From: Eledone cirrhosa
Taxonomy: Eukaryota
Length of the DNA: 64,000 nt
Assembly: GCA_964016885.1 (NCBI GenBank)
Contig: OZ024741.1
Coordinates: 264,306,001-264,370,000, forward strand
Direction of reading: 5' to 3'
Shown here: positions 11,685 through 25,464 of the stretch, one piece after another
How positions within the stretch are numbered: the stretch's first letter is position 1
How the letters are laid out: every line of letters starts with the position of its first letter
Notes under the pieces: model-generated
What the model saw: the letters and a program-made list of their open reading frames with translations, nothing else
The model's database searches: none
What the model was told of the DNA's origin: nothing
Program-made: the position numbers and the translations under genes

Positions 11685-14600
11685 ATGACCTCACTCAGAA
11701 TAGGCAGCATAAATGCGCGCGTGGCTTGGGGTCGTCATGGAAGCAGGGCCACCTGCTCAACGACCTCAGGTCACTAAACATAGATGTAGTGGACATCAGC
11801 AAGACCAGAATCTCCGAAGCACGGGCCTTCGCACCGATCTTCGGCGGCTACGATGTGTACGCATCTCCCAGCCGTCCTAGATCGGGGGAAGGAGTTGCTG
11901 TGCTTTTTCGGAGAGGATCTCGCCATACGGGCCATCTTCCTGGACCCAGAAGGTAAGTTGGTGGTGCTGGACGTGACCAGCGGAGACGGGCAAGCTTTCA
12001 GGCTAGTGGCCGTCTATGCCCCGACAGGAGCAGGGCGGCCTGATTTCTTCCGGCGTCTGGAGACCTTTCTAGGAACGTCCCACTCTTTAGTGTTAGTGGA
12101 CGCCTGGAACGGGATCTTAGATGCACGCTGGGACTGTGTGGGAATAGTGGATAGGGGAGGAGGGTGCAAGAGTCTCACCAACCTGCTCAGGCGTTTTGAA
12201 CTGTCTGACAGGTACCGATTGGATTTCCCGAATGTACCAATGTGGACTTGGACAAATCGCGTAGGGTCATCCAGATCATATCTAGATAGAGTATTTTGTA
12301 GGGAAATAGATAGGTCTAGCATAGGATGTCCACAATTCAAGATAGTCAGCTACACGGACCACAAATTCGTGATCTGTGTGCTTGACTTAGATAGGCTTCA
12401 TAGACGAGGACCCGGCTACTGGAAGCTAAACGCGTCCTTACCAGCGCGCAAGGCCTACAGAGACCGGATTAGCGAACTAGTTAAGCGAGCGTTGACGGGG
12501 GCCATCGTCAACAACAAGTGGTGGTTTGCTCTGAAAAGAGCAATTAGAATAGAGTCCATTAGGTTTAGTAAGGCTTTAGCTATAGAGAAAAATAGAGCAG
12601 AGGAAGAACTAGTTAGAAAATTAGACGAGGCGCTTAGCAAAGGCATCGCGACCGACGTACTTGCGGCGAAATTGGCCCTTGACCAATTCTTCAATGCAAA
12701 GCACGAAAGCACGAGGGGACGAAAGCCGTTCAATGGGCCCGAGTGGCGGAGGCGCGTCGTGGCAACAAGCCACGATCCGGTCTTTGGTGGACCACGACGG
12801 GCGCATGCTACTCGATCCCGGGCAAATGTGTGAAGCTTTTCAGCGACACTTCGCTCAGCTGTTCGGGGGCAGCGGTGGGCCGGTCGAGGGATGGACTTTA
12901 GTGTCTACCTCGACGGACTGCCGCGGCTCTCGGCCACTGAGGCTGAGTGTTGCGAAAAGCCGATAACAGCCGCTGAAGTACGGGAGGCAATGACTGGCTG
13001 CACAAGGGTAAATCGCCTGGTTTGGATGAACTTTACGTACATATGCCAGACTTGTTCGGAGGCCTCTTGGCGGACGTCTACTGCAACTGGCAACAGAACG
13101 GGAGAATTCCCAGCTCTGTGAGCCGAGGAGCGGTGGCGCTGCTGAGAAAGGATCCGAACAAAGGGGATAACATAGATAATTTCAGGCCCATAACTCTGCT
13201 AAACACAGAGTTCAAGATTTTGGCCAAGGTGCTAGCAAAGAGGTTGGCGCTTGTCGTTGGTTGTCTGGTGGGAGAGGCGCAGACATGTGCCATTCCCGAC
13301 AGATCCATCCACGACAACCTCCACCTCATGCGATACATCGTAGAGACGGTAGCTAGGGAACCTGGCACGGGTGGGTCCTTGATCAATTTAGATCAGTCGA
13401 AATCTTTCGATAGGGTCGACCATCGTTACCTAGCGGCAGTCCTGAAGGCGGCTGGCTTTGGGATCGTCTTCAGGGTCTGGATCGCTGCCATGCACAGCGA
13501 CATCTGCTCTGTGGTTAGAGTGAACGGTCACCTTTCGGAACCGTTCAACATCATGCGCTCGGTCCGCCAAGGATGTCCTCTCCCGTCCCTCTTGTACGTA
13601 TTGACTCTCGAGCCATTACTGCAGAAACTGGAGACGTTGAGGGGGGTCCCGCGCGAAGTAGGATGCGGAAGATCCGTGTCAGCATATGCGGGCGATGTCA
13701 CCGTAGTGGTGTCGAACGCCAAACACATCGAGGCGATCGGCACTACACTAAGAGAATACGAAGCGGTGACAGGAGCAATGATCAACCAGGAAAAGTCAGT
13801 GGGCCTGCAGCTCGGCACCTGGAGAGGCAGATCCATGCCGTCCAACAGCGTCGTCGGACGCTGGACGGGCGGACCGGTTAAATTGCTAGGTGTCTGGTTC
13901 GGACCGGACCTCCAGACGGACAAAAACTGGGACGAGGTGACGAGCAGGGTGGCTTCTCTCACCCAGAAATGGGCGGGGAGGAAGCTATCCCTGAAAGGTC
14001 GAGCGGAGGTGGCTAACGCGTACATCGCGTCCGTCATCTACCGCCTGACTGTCGTACCTTGTCCTAATCCCCGCCTGACTGCGCTGGAGTGTTTGCTCTT
14101 TCGCTTTTTGTGGAAGGGACGCGCTCCGATGGTCTGGCGGTCCATCTGCTGTCAACACCCGCTACGTGGACGGCTGGGCATGCCGCGGCTGATGATGCGC
14201 AGACACGCGCTCAGGCTACGACATCCACCTCTTCCTCGACGGTGATCAGGTGTGGTCGCCGTTTGCTAGACGCGTCTTTCCCCAGCTCGTCTCCTTGACG
14301 GAGCTGCAGTCGTGGGTCAAGCGAAGACTGAGAGGGAGCGCTTGGAGACTGGAATGTCTTCAGGCGCTCACAGCCTTCTACCAATCGGGCAATGTGATCG
14401 GTGGAAACTCCACCTCGGCGTTCTATAGAGGATTAGTGGAGGGGGAAAGCGACGACGTACTTGGGGAAACTCTAGGCGTCGACGAAAATCAACTAGCCAA
14501 TCTCTTCGGCAGAACTTTCGGGCCGGGGCCTATGGACAACTTCCATAAATCCCTGACCTGGCAGTGCTACCGAGGAGCTTTGCCAGTTCGGCATAAACTC

Positions 14601-15038
14601 TACAGGCATGGAGGTGCCGTCAGCCGGGCATGTCCGAGATGCGCGCAGGGCGACGAAACCGTCCTGCACGCACTCGTCCAGTGTCCGAGAATTGCTGACT
14701 TGTGGGTTTATGTCGAACACCTGCTGTCGCGTGTAGGACGGATCCGGCTATCAACTGAGTCCATCGTGAGGATTGCCCAGCCCTCTTCGGGAAGGGCAGG
14801 CAGTTTTTATCTCTCTGGTGGCCATGGCGAAAGAGATAGATGGTGGACACGTTTGAAAGGGCTGAAGACGAGCACTTATCTCTTCGGTGATGCCCTGATT
14901 GACTTTTTCAAATTTCATTTGAAAAGGAAAATCAGGGTAGAGAGCGAAGTGCTCTCTTCCCAGCATGTTGTTGAAAGATGGGTGAGAGAAGCAAGTATGG
15001 CCCGAGTGAATGGGCCTACTCTGAGTATGTGTCTGTAA
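11685..15038 (+). pseudogene. LINE ORF2: AP endonuclease + reverse transcriptase + C-terminal zinc finger, several frameshifts
   Basis: MTSLRIGSINAR, VYAP, YLDRV, TDH, GPGYWKLN, FRPITLLN, LDQSKSFDRV, VRQGCPL, AYAGD (YADD mutated), CPRC-x8-H-x4-C. Confidence 0.92.
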
Positions 15039-15291
15039 ATTAAAGGTGGAAAACTGGGAGAGGGCACTTGCCCTGGTGGTCAGGGTCACTGTGGCCTTTT
15101 CATGGGCTTTCTCCACAAATGTCCCTCGGAAGTCTCTCCCCCCCCTCTATTGGGGAATTTTTCATTGTTATTTTTTTGTTACATCCTCTGTTTTTGTTTT
15201 TTACACGCAGAAATGCCCATTTGTACCGCCCTGCACTGTCCTGTACTGTCCTTAATGTCTACTTTATGTAAACCCTTGTGGCTAATAAAGA

Positions 15292-15340
<49 letters not shown>

Positions 15341-15446
15341 TGTATAAATATGCAACTAAACAATGTTATGCATATCCGCAATTGACAATGTATATAATGC
15401 TGAAACCGGTATTCCGGTATTGTAAATGCGGAAATATCCACTACTT

Positions 15447-15511
<65 letters not shown>

Positions 15512-15540
15512 AGTATGTTTAGAAACAGTGAGCAGGTTTG

Positions 15541-15753
15541 AAATTAGAAATAGAATAGCTTTCAACGTATTTTTTTGACTAAATAAATTTTAGACTGATA
15601 ATGGGGTTTAGAACCCTCAGATAAATGGAAAAAGATGAGTATTGATGTACAATACTCATCTTTTTCCATTTATCTGAGGGTTCTAAACCCCATTATCAGT
15701 CTAAAATTTATTTAGTCAAAAAAATACGGTGAAAGCTATTCTATTTCTAATTT
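15541..15753. repeat. Fold-back palindrome (104-bp arms)
   Basis: Arms 15541-15644 / 15650-15753, loop ATGTA; related to 7765-7850. Confidence 0.9.
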
Positions 15754-15783
15754 ATATATATATATACATATATATATATATAC

Positions 15784-15814
<31 letters not shown>

Positions 15815-16014
15815 GAGGCAGCCCTATGTCATAAAGCATGTTGTTCGACGCTCTTCTAATATTGGCAACGAAAATAGGGCGAAAACGTCTGTTGTAATGA
15901 ATCCAGTATATTACAGGTACATAACTACTCTGGAAAGGTGGGAGGTAAATCTAAGTCGGAAGATGTGAACTGACATTACACATACAGCGCTCAACCGATT
16001 CAAATCATATTATA

Positions 16015-16250
16015 GGTTGGCAGTGTCAGTAGGGCTTCGGACAAACGTTTTGTCATGTTTGATCCCGTTCTTTATGTTCTGAGTTCAAATACCGACTAAG
16101 TCAATTTTGCCATTTTTCTTCCCCAGAGCCAATATAATAAAATACCAGTCAATTAGTGAAGCCGATAACACCCCCCCCCCCCAGCTCCACCTAACCACCC
16201 CCAAAAATATTTCTGGTCTTTTGTCTAAATTTGAAATCCTTAAAACTACC
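16015..16250 (+). mobile_element. Diverged tRNA-derived SINE
   Basis: TGGCAGTGTCAGTAG ... TTCTGAGTTCAAAT ... AATAAAATACCAGT, same layout as 428-620. Confidence 0.6.
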
Positions 16251-16982
16251 CCTAAATGAATGAAATACAAAGCCATATTACATGGGATTTGAACTGTGAA
16301 TCTGAATATAAATGGTTGGGTATGGTATGGTATGTTCCCGTAACTCCTGTTATGAACTCGTAGTGGCATACGGCGTTTCTTGGACATTTAAAGCCTGGCA
16401 GAATCCCTCCCACTTCAGGTCTGAATACAACAGAAGGTGAGAGGAAGGGAAGTGAGAGGAAGAATTGACCTTAGTATAAACTAAATGCAAATAACGATGA
16501 TTAAATCGTACACGGTATTAGAAATTGTTATAAAAATTAGAAATCGTTATAACTACCCCTAAAACAATGAAACAATGAAATACAAAGCCACCTCTCATGG
16601 GATTTGAACTGTGAATGTAAATAACGATAATGAAATTCTACATGGTATTTCGTCTGGATTTCTATTGATTCTGTTATCCTCCTCGCTACAAACCAAATAG
16701 ATTCCAAACATGATCAAATAAATGTGTTTCTATGCAGAATTAAGTTCATTTCTACAAAGAGGAAGTGGTGTAGTGGGAGAAGAATCGAAATAAAGATATC
16801 AGAAGCTACAAATTTTCTCCCATGAAAATAAAATTATCACTGATAATGCTATTTTCAGGAAAGTACAGACAGTGGATATTTAAGATAACAGAATGCTTTT
16901 TTTGTTTATAAGAATTGATTTATGTAACCTATTTCAGTTATATATGGATTCCTACAATTGCTTATATACTCAGTTGCAACTA

Positions 16983-17115
16983 TACGAGAACTGCTGAAAA
17001 GTTCCTGGCTTGGTCACTGCTACAGAGGTTTAATTTGAGGCATATTCTTCCGAGTTCTTTTTGCAGGGCTTAGAAACACTGGGGGGGGGGGGGGCACTTT
17101 TCAGCACGCCCTCGC
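16983..17115. mobile_element. Internally deleted mariner-like MITE
   Basis: Imperfect TIRs TACGAGAACTGCTGAAAAGT / ACTTTTCAGCACGCCCTCGCG, resembling mariner TACGAGGG..TGAAAAGT ends. Confidence 0.5.
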
Positions 17116-17285
17116 GTTTATATATATATATATATATATATATAAGAGGGTGTGGTAAGATACCAGGTGGACCATAACGCACCAAAGTACTCAGGGTAGT
17201 AGAGTGGGTAATAGGAAAAGAGTCAGGACACCGACGGAGCTCAGCCGTCGGGGTCCTGACTCTTTCCCTATAATATATATATACA

Positions 17286-17352
<67 letters not shown>

Positions 17353-17801
17353 AAGAGAGAGAGAGAGTCTGTGGTGCTGAGACCAAGGAGACCACTACTC
17401 ATGGGAATACTTGTGTGTAACCACTTTGCGATGCAGTCGAGATTTTGGTCACACACACACACACACACATATTGTGGAACGGAGTTTATCGAATAGAATG
17501 AACACAGCTCCTGTCGTTTCCTCACTAACTAATTTATATAATTAAGTCCGAATTATTAAAATTCGAACCCAACCGATTAGCGTATACACTTAATTAAACG
17601 TCAATCAGTGAGGAAGGAGGCGACTTCGTGTGGGCTGGAAATGTGAGATACTCGGACCGATGCATCAGTTTCTGCCATTCTGATTTGCCGGCGGTGGTCC
17701 GAATGGAACCAGGATGTGCACAAATTAGATAACGTTAGTATACATTAGGTAATTGGACTGGAACCGCTTCGTCAGCGGGGGTTCGCCCCCCCCCCCCCTT
17801 C

Positions 17802-17833
17802 ACGGACATAGAGAGTTCCGTATGGCTACCTAG
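17802..17833 (+). mobile_element. Helitron-like 3' terminus
   Basis: Hairpin ACGGA-catagagagt-TCCGT followed by ATGGCTACCTAG and T; ATGGCTACCTAG also occurs at 6292-6303. Confidence 0.45.
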
Positions 17834-18034
17834 TATACCAGGTTAGTGGACAACAGTGATGTAGTAGTAAACCTCAAACTATCTGTGACGCGTGACATCA
17901 CATCAAAGGGGAAGTAAGCCAGGTCTCACCAATTTACAGGGAACACATGCAAGCGTCGATTCAAATTGTAAAAAGAAAATGATCATGCCAGAAGCACTCT
18001 TTATCAAAGCAAGAAGATTTTCAGCACCCCCTCT

Positions 18035-18087
<53 letters not shown>

Positions 18088-18315
18088 GTAGAACACTGGA
18101 AGGTAATATCCGTAGTGGTAGAGCACTCAGTCCATGGGACGAGTTTAGTAGAAGTAGTAATACAACAGTCAGTTCACCATACCGAGAACAATTTTTTACC
18201 TTATGCGGATCTTCAGCTCGTATATGTATACTGAATACACTCGTGTGTTTTTCTTTACTCATTTTTTCCACCGTTCTCACTCTTTATGTTTCTAGTTATT
18301 TTATATTTCCAGCTT

Positions 18316-18355
18316 TGTCTTCTGATGAAGAACTAATCTCGGAAACGTTAAGACA
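18316..18355 (+). ncRNA. Minimal type I hammerhead-like motif
   Basis: TGTCTT-CTGATGA-agaactaatctcg-GAAA-CG-TT-AAGACA; palindromic AACGTT stem III, weak stem II. Confidence 0.55.
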
Positions 18356-18529
18356 CTTTCCTGCTATATCAAACGTTAAACTAATATATATATTCAATGA
18401 GCAGTCATTTGCTTTGTTATTTCTGTTTACCTTTTACATACATACACAACACACACACACACGACCACGCACACACATACACACACATACACACACACAC
18501 ACGCACACACACACATATATATATATATT

Positions 18530-20376
18530 ATTATACTTTGTTGCCAATAAAAACACACACACACCTGTTGGTTTTCACTTCAAATTATTATTAATTCCTG
18601 GCTGGTTGTTTGGTTCGATAACCGGAAGGTTGTCTATATATTGCCAAAGCTCTTTCGTCACACATTCTGTGACCTCCTCAGTGACTAAGTTTTTATTTTG
18701 TGTCTCTCCTTTTTTCTGTCCTACACCATCTTGTTTTTGTGTGTTGTGAGCTTAGTTTGCGCACGCGTTACATCCGGGTGTACGTGTTTGTGTTTTTATT
18801 TATTTATGTGTTTATTTACTATGTTCTATCTGTGTGTGTGTGATTTGTTTTGTTAGTTTGATTTTTGTGTGTGTCTGTATGTCATCATTTTCTCCTTAAT
18901 TACTAGTTGTGATGTTGCTAATCCACTCATGTTTTCTGTTTAATTTTAGTTGGTATTCGTTTATGTTTGTCGCCTCTGTGATTGGTCTGAGCCTTGTACC
19001 TTTTCTGTGTGTGGATATGATTTTTATCTCTATATTTTCTAATGTGCCCTTATATTCTATTTTGGCATGTTGGTGGAGTACTGATGAGTTTTTCCCATCC
19101 TGGAATTCTCGTCAGTGTTCACTTATCCATTCTCCTATGCTACAGGCTGTTTCACCTATGTATGTTATGTTCTTATTCCTACACCGTATGCTATATACTA
19201 CGTTCCTAGTTTTGCAGTTAATCTGTGGGCTTAGCTTGCAGACTATGCATTTCCTATCAGCACAGGGAGATCTCTGAAATGGGTATGTTTTTCTAATTAG
19301 GATTTTTATGGAAATACCTGGTCTTTTAACTATCTTAATATTTAATTTGAGCTTGTCTAGATCCCTTCTAAATCTATAAGCTATTTTGCATCTAGGCGTT
19401 GTACTGACGAACATTACACTCTGGTATTTATTGCTATCATACTATGAGTTTATTTTATTTACTTTATTTCTAATCCTTTCTATTCTGTTCCAAGATTTGC
19501 TCCTATACACGGGGCAAGTCCCATTTTCATCATTTTCTACAATCTTTGGCCATTTGATTCTGGTTCCTTTATATACCCTGATCTTGTCTCACTAATTGTA
19601 ACCAGAGAACTACATGCGGTGGATGAAGTGTTGTATGTGTCTCTCTAATTATTTGGAGTTGCACATGCGGGACACGTTCCTCATCACTCTTACTAAGTCC
19701 GCAATCAGTATGTTAATTTTTATGTGACCCGAAACCGCTGAGTTTCGGTGGATCCGGTATTTGGAGGTCATGGGTTTGGCATAATGCGAATGGAGGATTT
19801 GCGTTCTATTACTAATACTTTCCAGCCAGAGTTCTGTGTCTAGTACAGGTAATCTATGGTTGGGGTGTTTAGAAGGGTAGTCTATAGTAACTTTAAAACT
19901 CTGGTGGATGGAGTTAGCTATTTGCTGGATGCTTTCCATGGTGTTCTTCTCTAATCCTGACTGTTCTCCTGTGGAGGTGTTTTTACTACGATAGTTATGT
20001 CGTCTACGTAGCTGGAGTACATAGTGAGGGTTATAAAATTGTCGTCTAATTGTTCTTTAAGTCTTCTGTCCCAATATACCATAAAGAGGTTAGCTATGTC
20101 ACCGGCAATGCTAACGCCAATGGTTGCTCCCTTCTCTTGGGCGTATGTTTTGCCATTAAACTTGAACATATGTTCATAAATGGTTAGTTTTATACTGGCC
20201 CCCACCGCACGTGCGAACATTTTATTTAATTCATCACGGTTTTCGGGGGTCCGTATGGCTTTGGTCCTCCCGCTCCATCTTTCTGTGTGGGTCTTGTTGG
20301 CCATTGAGGTAATGGTGGGTGGTCTGCCTCTTTCTGGTCTTGTGGGGCAGAGGCTGCTGAGGCCATGTGTGTATAA
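18530..20376 (-). mobile_element. Penelope-like element (Nematis/Neptune-like), degenerate RT + GIY-YIG + 3' end with hammerhead
   Basis: IGVSIAGDIANLFM, YVDD, DYPSKHPNHRLPVLD, HYAKPM, CADRKCIVC, NVVYSIRC..YIGET; hammerhead-like CTGAGGA...GAAA at about 18645-18686 on the minus strand. Confidence 0.85.
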
Positions 20377-20377
20377 G

Positions 20378-20668
20378 TCAGGCAAGGACAACCCTTTTCG
20401 AGAAGCGGGTCACATGAGATATGGCAGATCATCAGGCGGGCCGCAAGCACTAATTTACATTTGCGCCCACATTAAAAAAAAGGGTGATAACTCAGGTTGT
20501 TTTGATTTGTTTCTTCAGAATTCGTACAAGTCGTTCCTTGATCGTAAAAATGATAGAAAGATAAATTACGACTGAAAAGTTTGGGTAAAAAAAGTAGAAA
20601 GATTTCACTTAGATGATTTAGGCGAGCCATTGAGAAAGCTTCGCGGGCCGCAGTAGGAGTCCCAGCTC
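20378..20668. mobile_element. Possible non-autonomous hAT fragment
   Basis: CAGGCAAGGACAACC start and repeated GCGGGCCGCA subterminal motifs (20435, 20644); no clean TIR pair. Confidence 0.35.
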
Positions 20669-20870
20669 ACTGGTATCAATCCCATGGAATTATACATTGC
20701 TCTCGCTGATCATTTTTCCACAGCTAAATCAATGTCGATGGATGGGCATAGAGACACTACATCCATGCTACCTATTGTACAGCCTGTTAGGGCCCTGGAC
20801 AGGTCGCATTCGAACCAACCAACCAACCAACCAACCAACCAACCAACCAACCAACCAACCAACCGGAAAT

Positions 20871-21563
20871 CTCTCTCTATATATATAATAGACTATGTGT
20901 GTGTCTGTTTCCGCATAATTTCTACTGCTTGCAACCGATTTTCTTAAAATTTGGCACAAACATACATTATGCTCCCCACTTTCGTACGAACGCATAACAT
21001 TGTCAAATTTGTGTTTACTGCGCCCTCTATAAGGAAAAGAACGACTCAAAAATCCTTTTTGTGAATAACTTGTACAGTTTACATCCGATTTCTTTCACAT
21101 TTGGAACAAACATGCATTACGTTCCCGACTTTATTTTGAACTCATAACATTTTACTTAGTGTACCCTATGGACTAGAAAAAACGAATCGAAAAATTCCAC
21201 ATCGTTATAACGCCTACAGTTTGCGACCGATTTCCTTCAAATTTAGAACAACTATGCCTTATGTACCAAACATTATTTTGGACCAACCGATTTTTCGAGT
21301 TTTTATCTAATTCGGGCCCTTTGTAAGAAAAACTAAATTTAAAAAAGTATCGATGTCAATAACTTCTACATTTTGCGGCCGATTTTATTCAAATTTGCAC
21401 CAATTATGCATTGTGTTCCATTTAATATTTGTTACTCATAACATTTTAGTTGTTGTACCTACTGCAGCCCATAGCAGCGGAAAATCAACTCAAATGGCCA
21501 CCTCAATTGCATGGTTTACTGCTTGGTCCGTGTGGGCATAGCACGTGATGTACAGATGTTTAG
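20871..21563 (+). mobile_element. Non-autonomous Helitron-like element with four internal repeats of about 145 bp
   Basis: 5' TCTCTATATATATAATAG + (GT)-rich motif; CCGATTT..AAATTTG units near 20921, 21069, 21211 and 21363; 3' CGTG..GCACG hairpin then TTAG-T. Confidence 0.55.
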
Positions 21564-21640
21564 TATAAAGGATGCCTTTCATAAGACATCGGTTTTACCA
21601 GAAAAAGCTTAATTGGTGAAAAAGAGTCAGAAAGGATCTA

Positions 21641-23340
<1,700 letters not shown>

Positions 23341-23379
23341 TATATATATATATATATATACATATATGTATATATATAC

Positions 23380-23491
<112 letters not shown>

Positions 23492-23519
23492 TATATATGT
23501 AAATATATATGTATCCAGA

Positions 23520-23693
23520 CAGCTTCCAAAAATAATGGTTGCATTTAATAGGGTACGTCAAAATTATTTATAAAACTGTTTATATATTGTATTTTCTCTG
23601 ATGAAGGCATACGATATTTTAATTTGGTATCCCTGAAATATGTATAATGAAATAAATATGGTTTTATAAATATAGTTTCCATTTATTAATATC

Positions 23694-23755
<62 letters not shown>

Positions 23756-23955
23756 GTATATATGTGTATATATATATATATATATCCGTCTGGAACTTGA
23801 ACCGTTGAGGTCTCATTTCTGGGTATGTCACTATTTATTTAACAAATTTTGTATTTTATCTGATGAGAGCCTACCAAAGTTTTGGTACCCTTGATATATA
23901 ATATGGTACCCTATATATAATAGAATAAAAATGTTTTATAAATATAGTTTCCACT
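23520..23955 (+). mobile_element. Two pLTR-like fragments with hammerhead cores, separated by (TA)n
   Basis: CTGATGA-aggcatac..gtatccct-GAAA-TATG-TA at 23598-23644 and a decayed copy at 23860; same family as 31713-32085. Confidence 0.6.
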
Positions 23956-23977
23956 AATTAATATCATTGATATATAT

Positions 23978-24041
<64 letters not shown>

Positions 24042-24567
24042 ATATATATATATATATACCATAAGGTCTTTTTACAATAGCTACTAGAATTAAATTGAAG
24101 GGAAAAATAGAAAAAACTTTTTAAGCAGATGAATGGATTACACAGAATGGCGGCAGAGGGTGCCAGTGGGGGAAGAAAGACCAAGATAATTTCCAAGGAT
24201 GTAATTGAAAGTCATTGTTACAAAGTTTGGGGTCAGACAGATTGCTACACTGGCTGTCAGACAGAGATACTAGACCAGCCATAACAAGCACCTAAGAATT
24301 AGAGCAAGTATCAGCAGGGGAGAGGGATTTTCTAAGGTGCTTCTACGGGACCCCAAGTCTTTTAGTTTAATGTTGATGCGTAAATTATATATTTTTGTCT
24401 AATTTTTAAACTTCAATCCCTGACCCCGACAACTAATATAAAAGAGCCCCCCTTAGAATATAGACCCAAACTATACAAGCGGAGTTGCTGATGTATACAA
24501 CAATTTCAAACTGCTAGCCTTGAGTGATACGTTGATGTAAACAATGATCTTGCAATCACATGTTATA

Positions 24568-24614
24568 TGCCTTGATAAGTCCCACCATGGGGTCGGACGA
24601 AACGGCTGTCGGCA
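24568..24614 (+). ncRNA. Type I hammerhead, U3-A8 core variant
   Basis: TGCC-TTGATAA-GTCC-caccatggggtc-GGAC-GAAA-CGGCTG-TC-GGCA, followed by AATAAA and then (TA)n. Confidence 0.72.
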
Positions 24615-24658
24615 ATAAACTTGTTATAATGTCATAATAGTTCCTTTGTTCTTTTTCA

Positions 24659-24722
<64 letters not shown>

Positions 24723-24729
<7 letters not shown>

Positions 24730-25020
24730 AAAAAGAGATGAAATCGAAAATGCAACTGGAGTCTTATTTAAAAAAAATATATATATATTTATTTGGTTCC
24801 TTTACCGGTTTCGCAGTTCTTCTGCTTTTCAAAAGGTGAGTTGAGATGGAGAGTCTGTGGTTTTTCTCACATCTGAGAAAAACCACAGACTCTCCATCTC
24901 AACTCACCTTTTGAAAAGCAGAAGAACTGCGAAACCGGTAAAGGAACCAAATAAATATATATATATTTTTTTAAAATAAGACTCCAGTTGCATTTTCGAT
25001 TTCATCTCTTTTTCTTTATA
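24723..25020. repeat. Perfect fold-back palindrome (about 147-bp arms) carrying a U3-A8 hammerhead
   Basis: Loop CATC at 24870-24873; CCTT-TTGAAAA-GCAG-aagaa-CTGC-GAAA-CCGG-TA-AAGG at 24907-24944 and its inverse in the left arm. Confidence 0.9.
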
Positions 25021-25076
25021 CTTTCACTCGTGTAGGACACCTCGGTTATTTTTCATTTTGTTAAAAAAAAACTCAC

Positions 25077-25204
<128 letters not shown>

Positions 25205-25464
25205 GAGGAGAGAGAGAGAGAGAGAGAGAAGGGAGGAGAGAAGAGAGAGAGAGAGAGAGAGGGGGAGAGAGAAGGGAGGAGGGACTTGCAAAGTGTTGAT
25301 AGATGCAGACTTTTTTCTATATCTCAATGTCCAGTACACATGATTTATATCGTCTGATGAACAATGTTTTCCCTTAAACACGTACCTAAACATGATAACA
25401 TAAAAGGCACAGTATGGCAATTATATTTCTAAATTGATATTGAATAAACAATATTTAAATACAT

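Larger units (their letters stand above)
9310..15340 (+). mobile_element. Full-length degenerate L1-superfamily (Tx1-like) LINE
   Basis: 5' region, ORF1 with zinc knuckle, ORF2 APE-RT-CCHC, 3' UTR with AATAAA and (ATT)n tail; also flanked 5' by (ATT)n at 9272-9309. Confidence 0.92.

Noticed and set aside
24130-24300. Possible RTE LINE 3' remnant
   Set aside because: Only a vague resemblance to a GRPRKTW motif.
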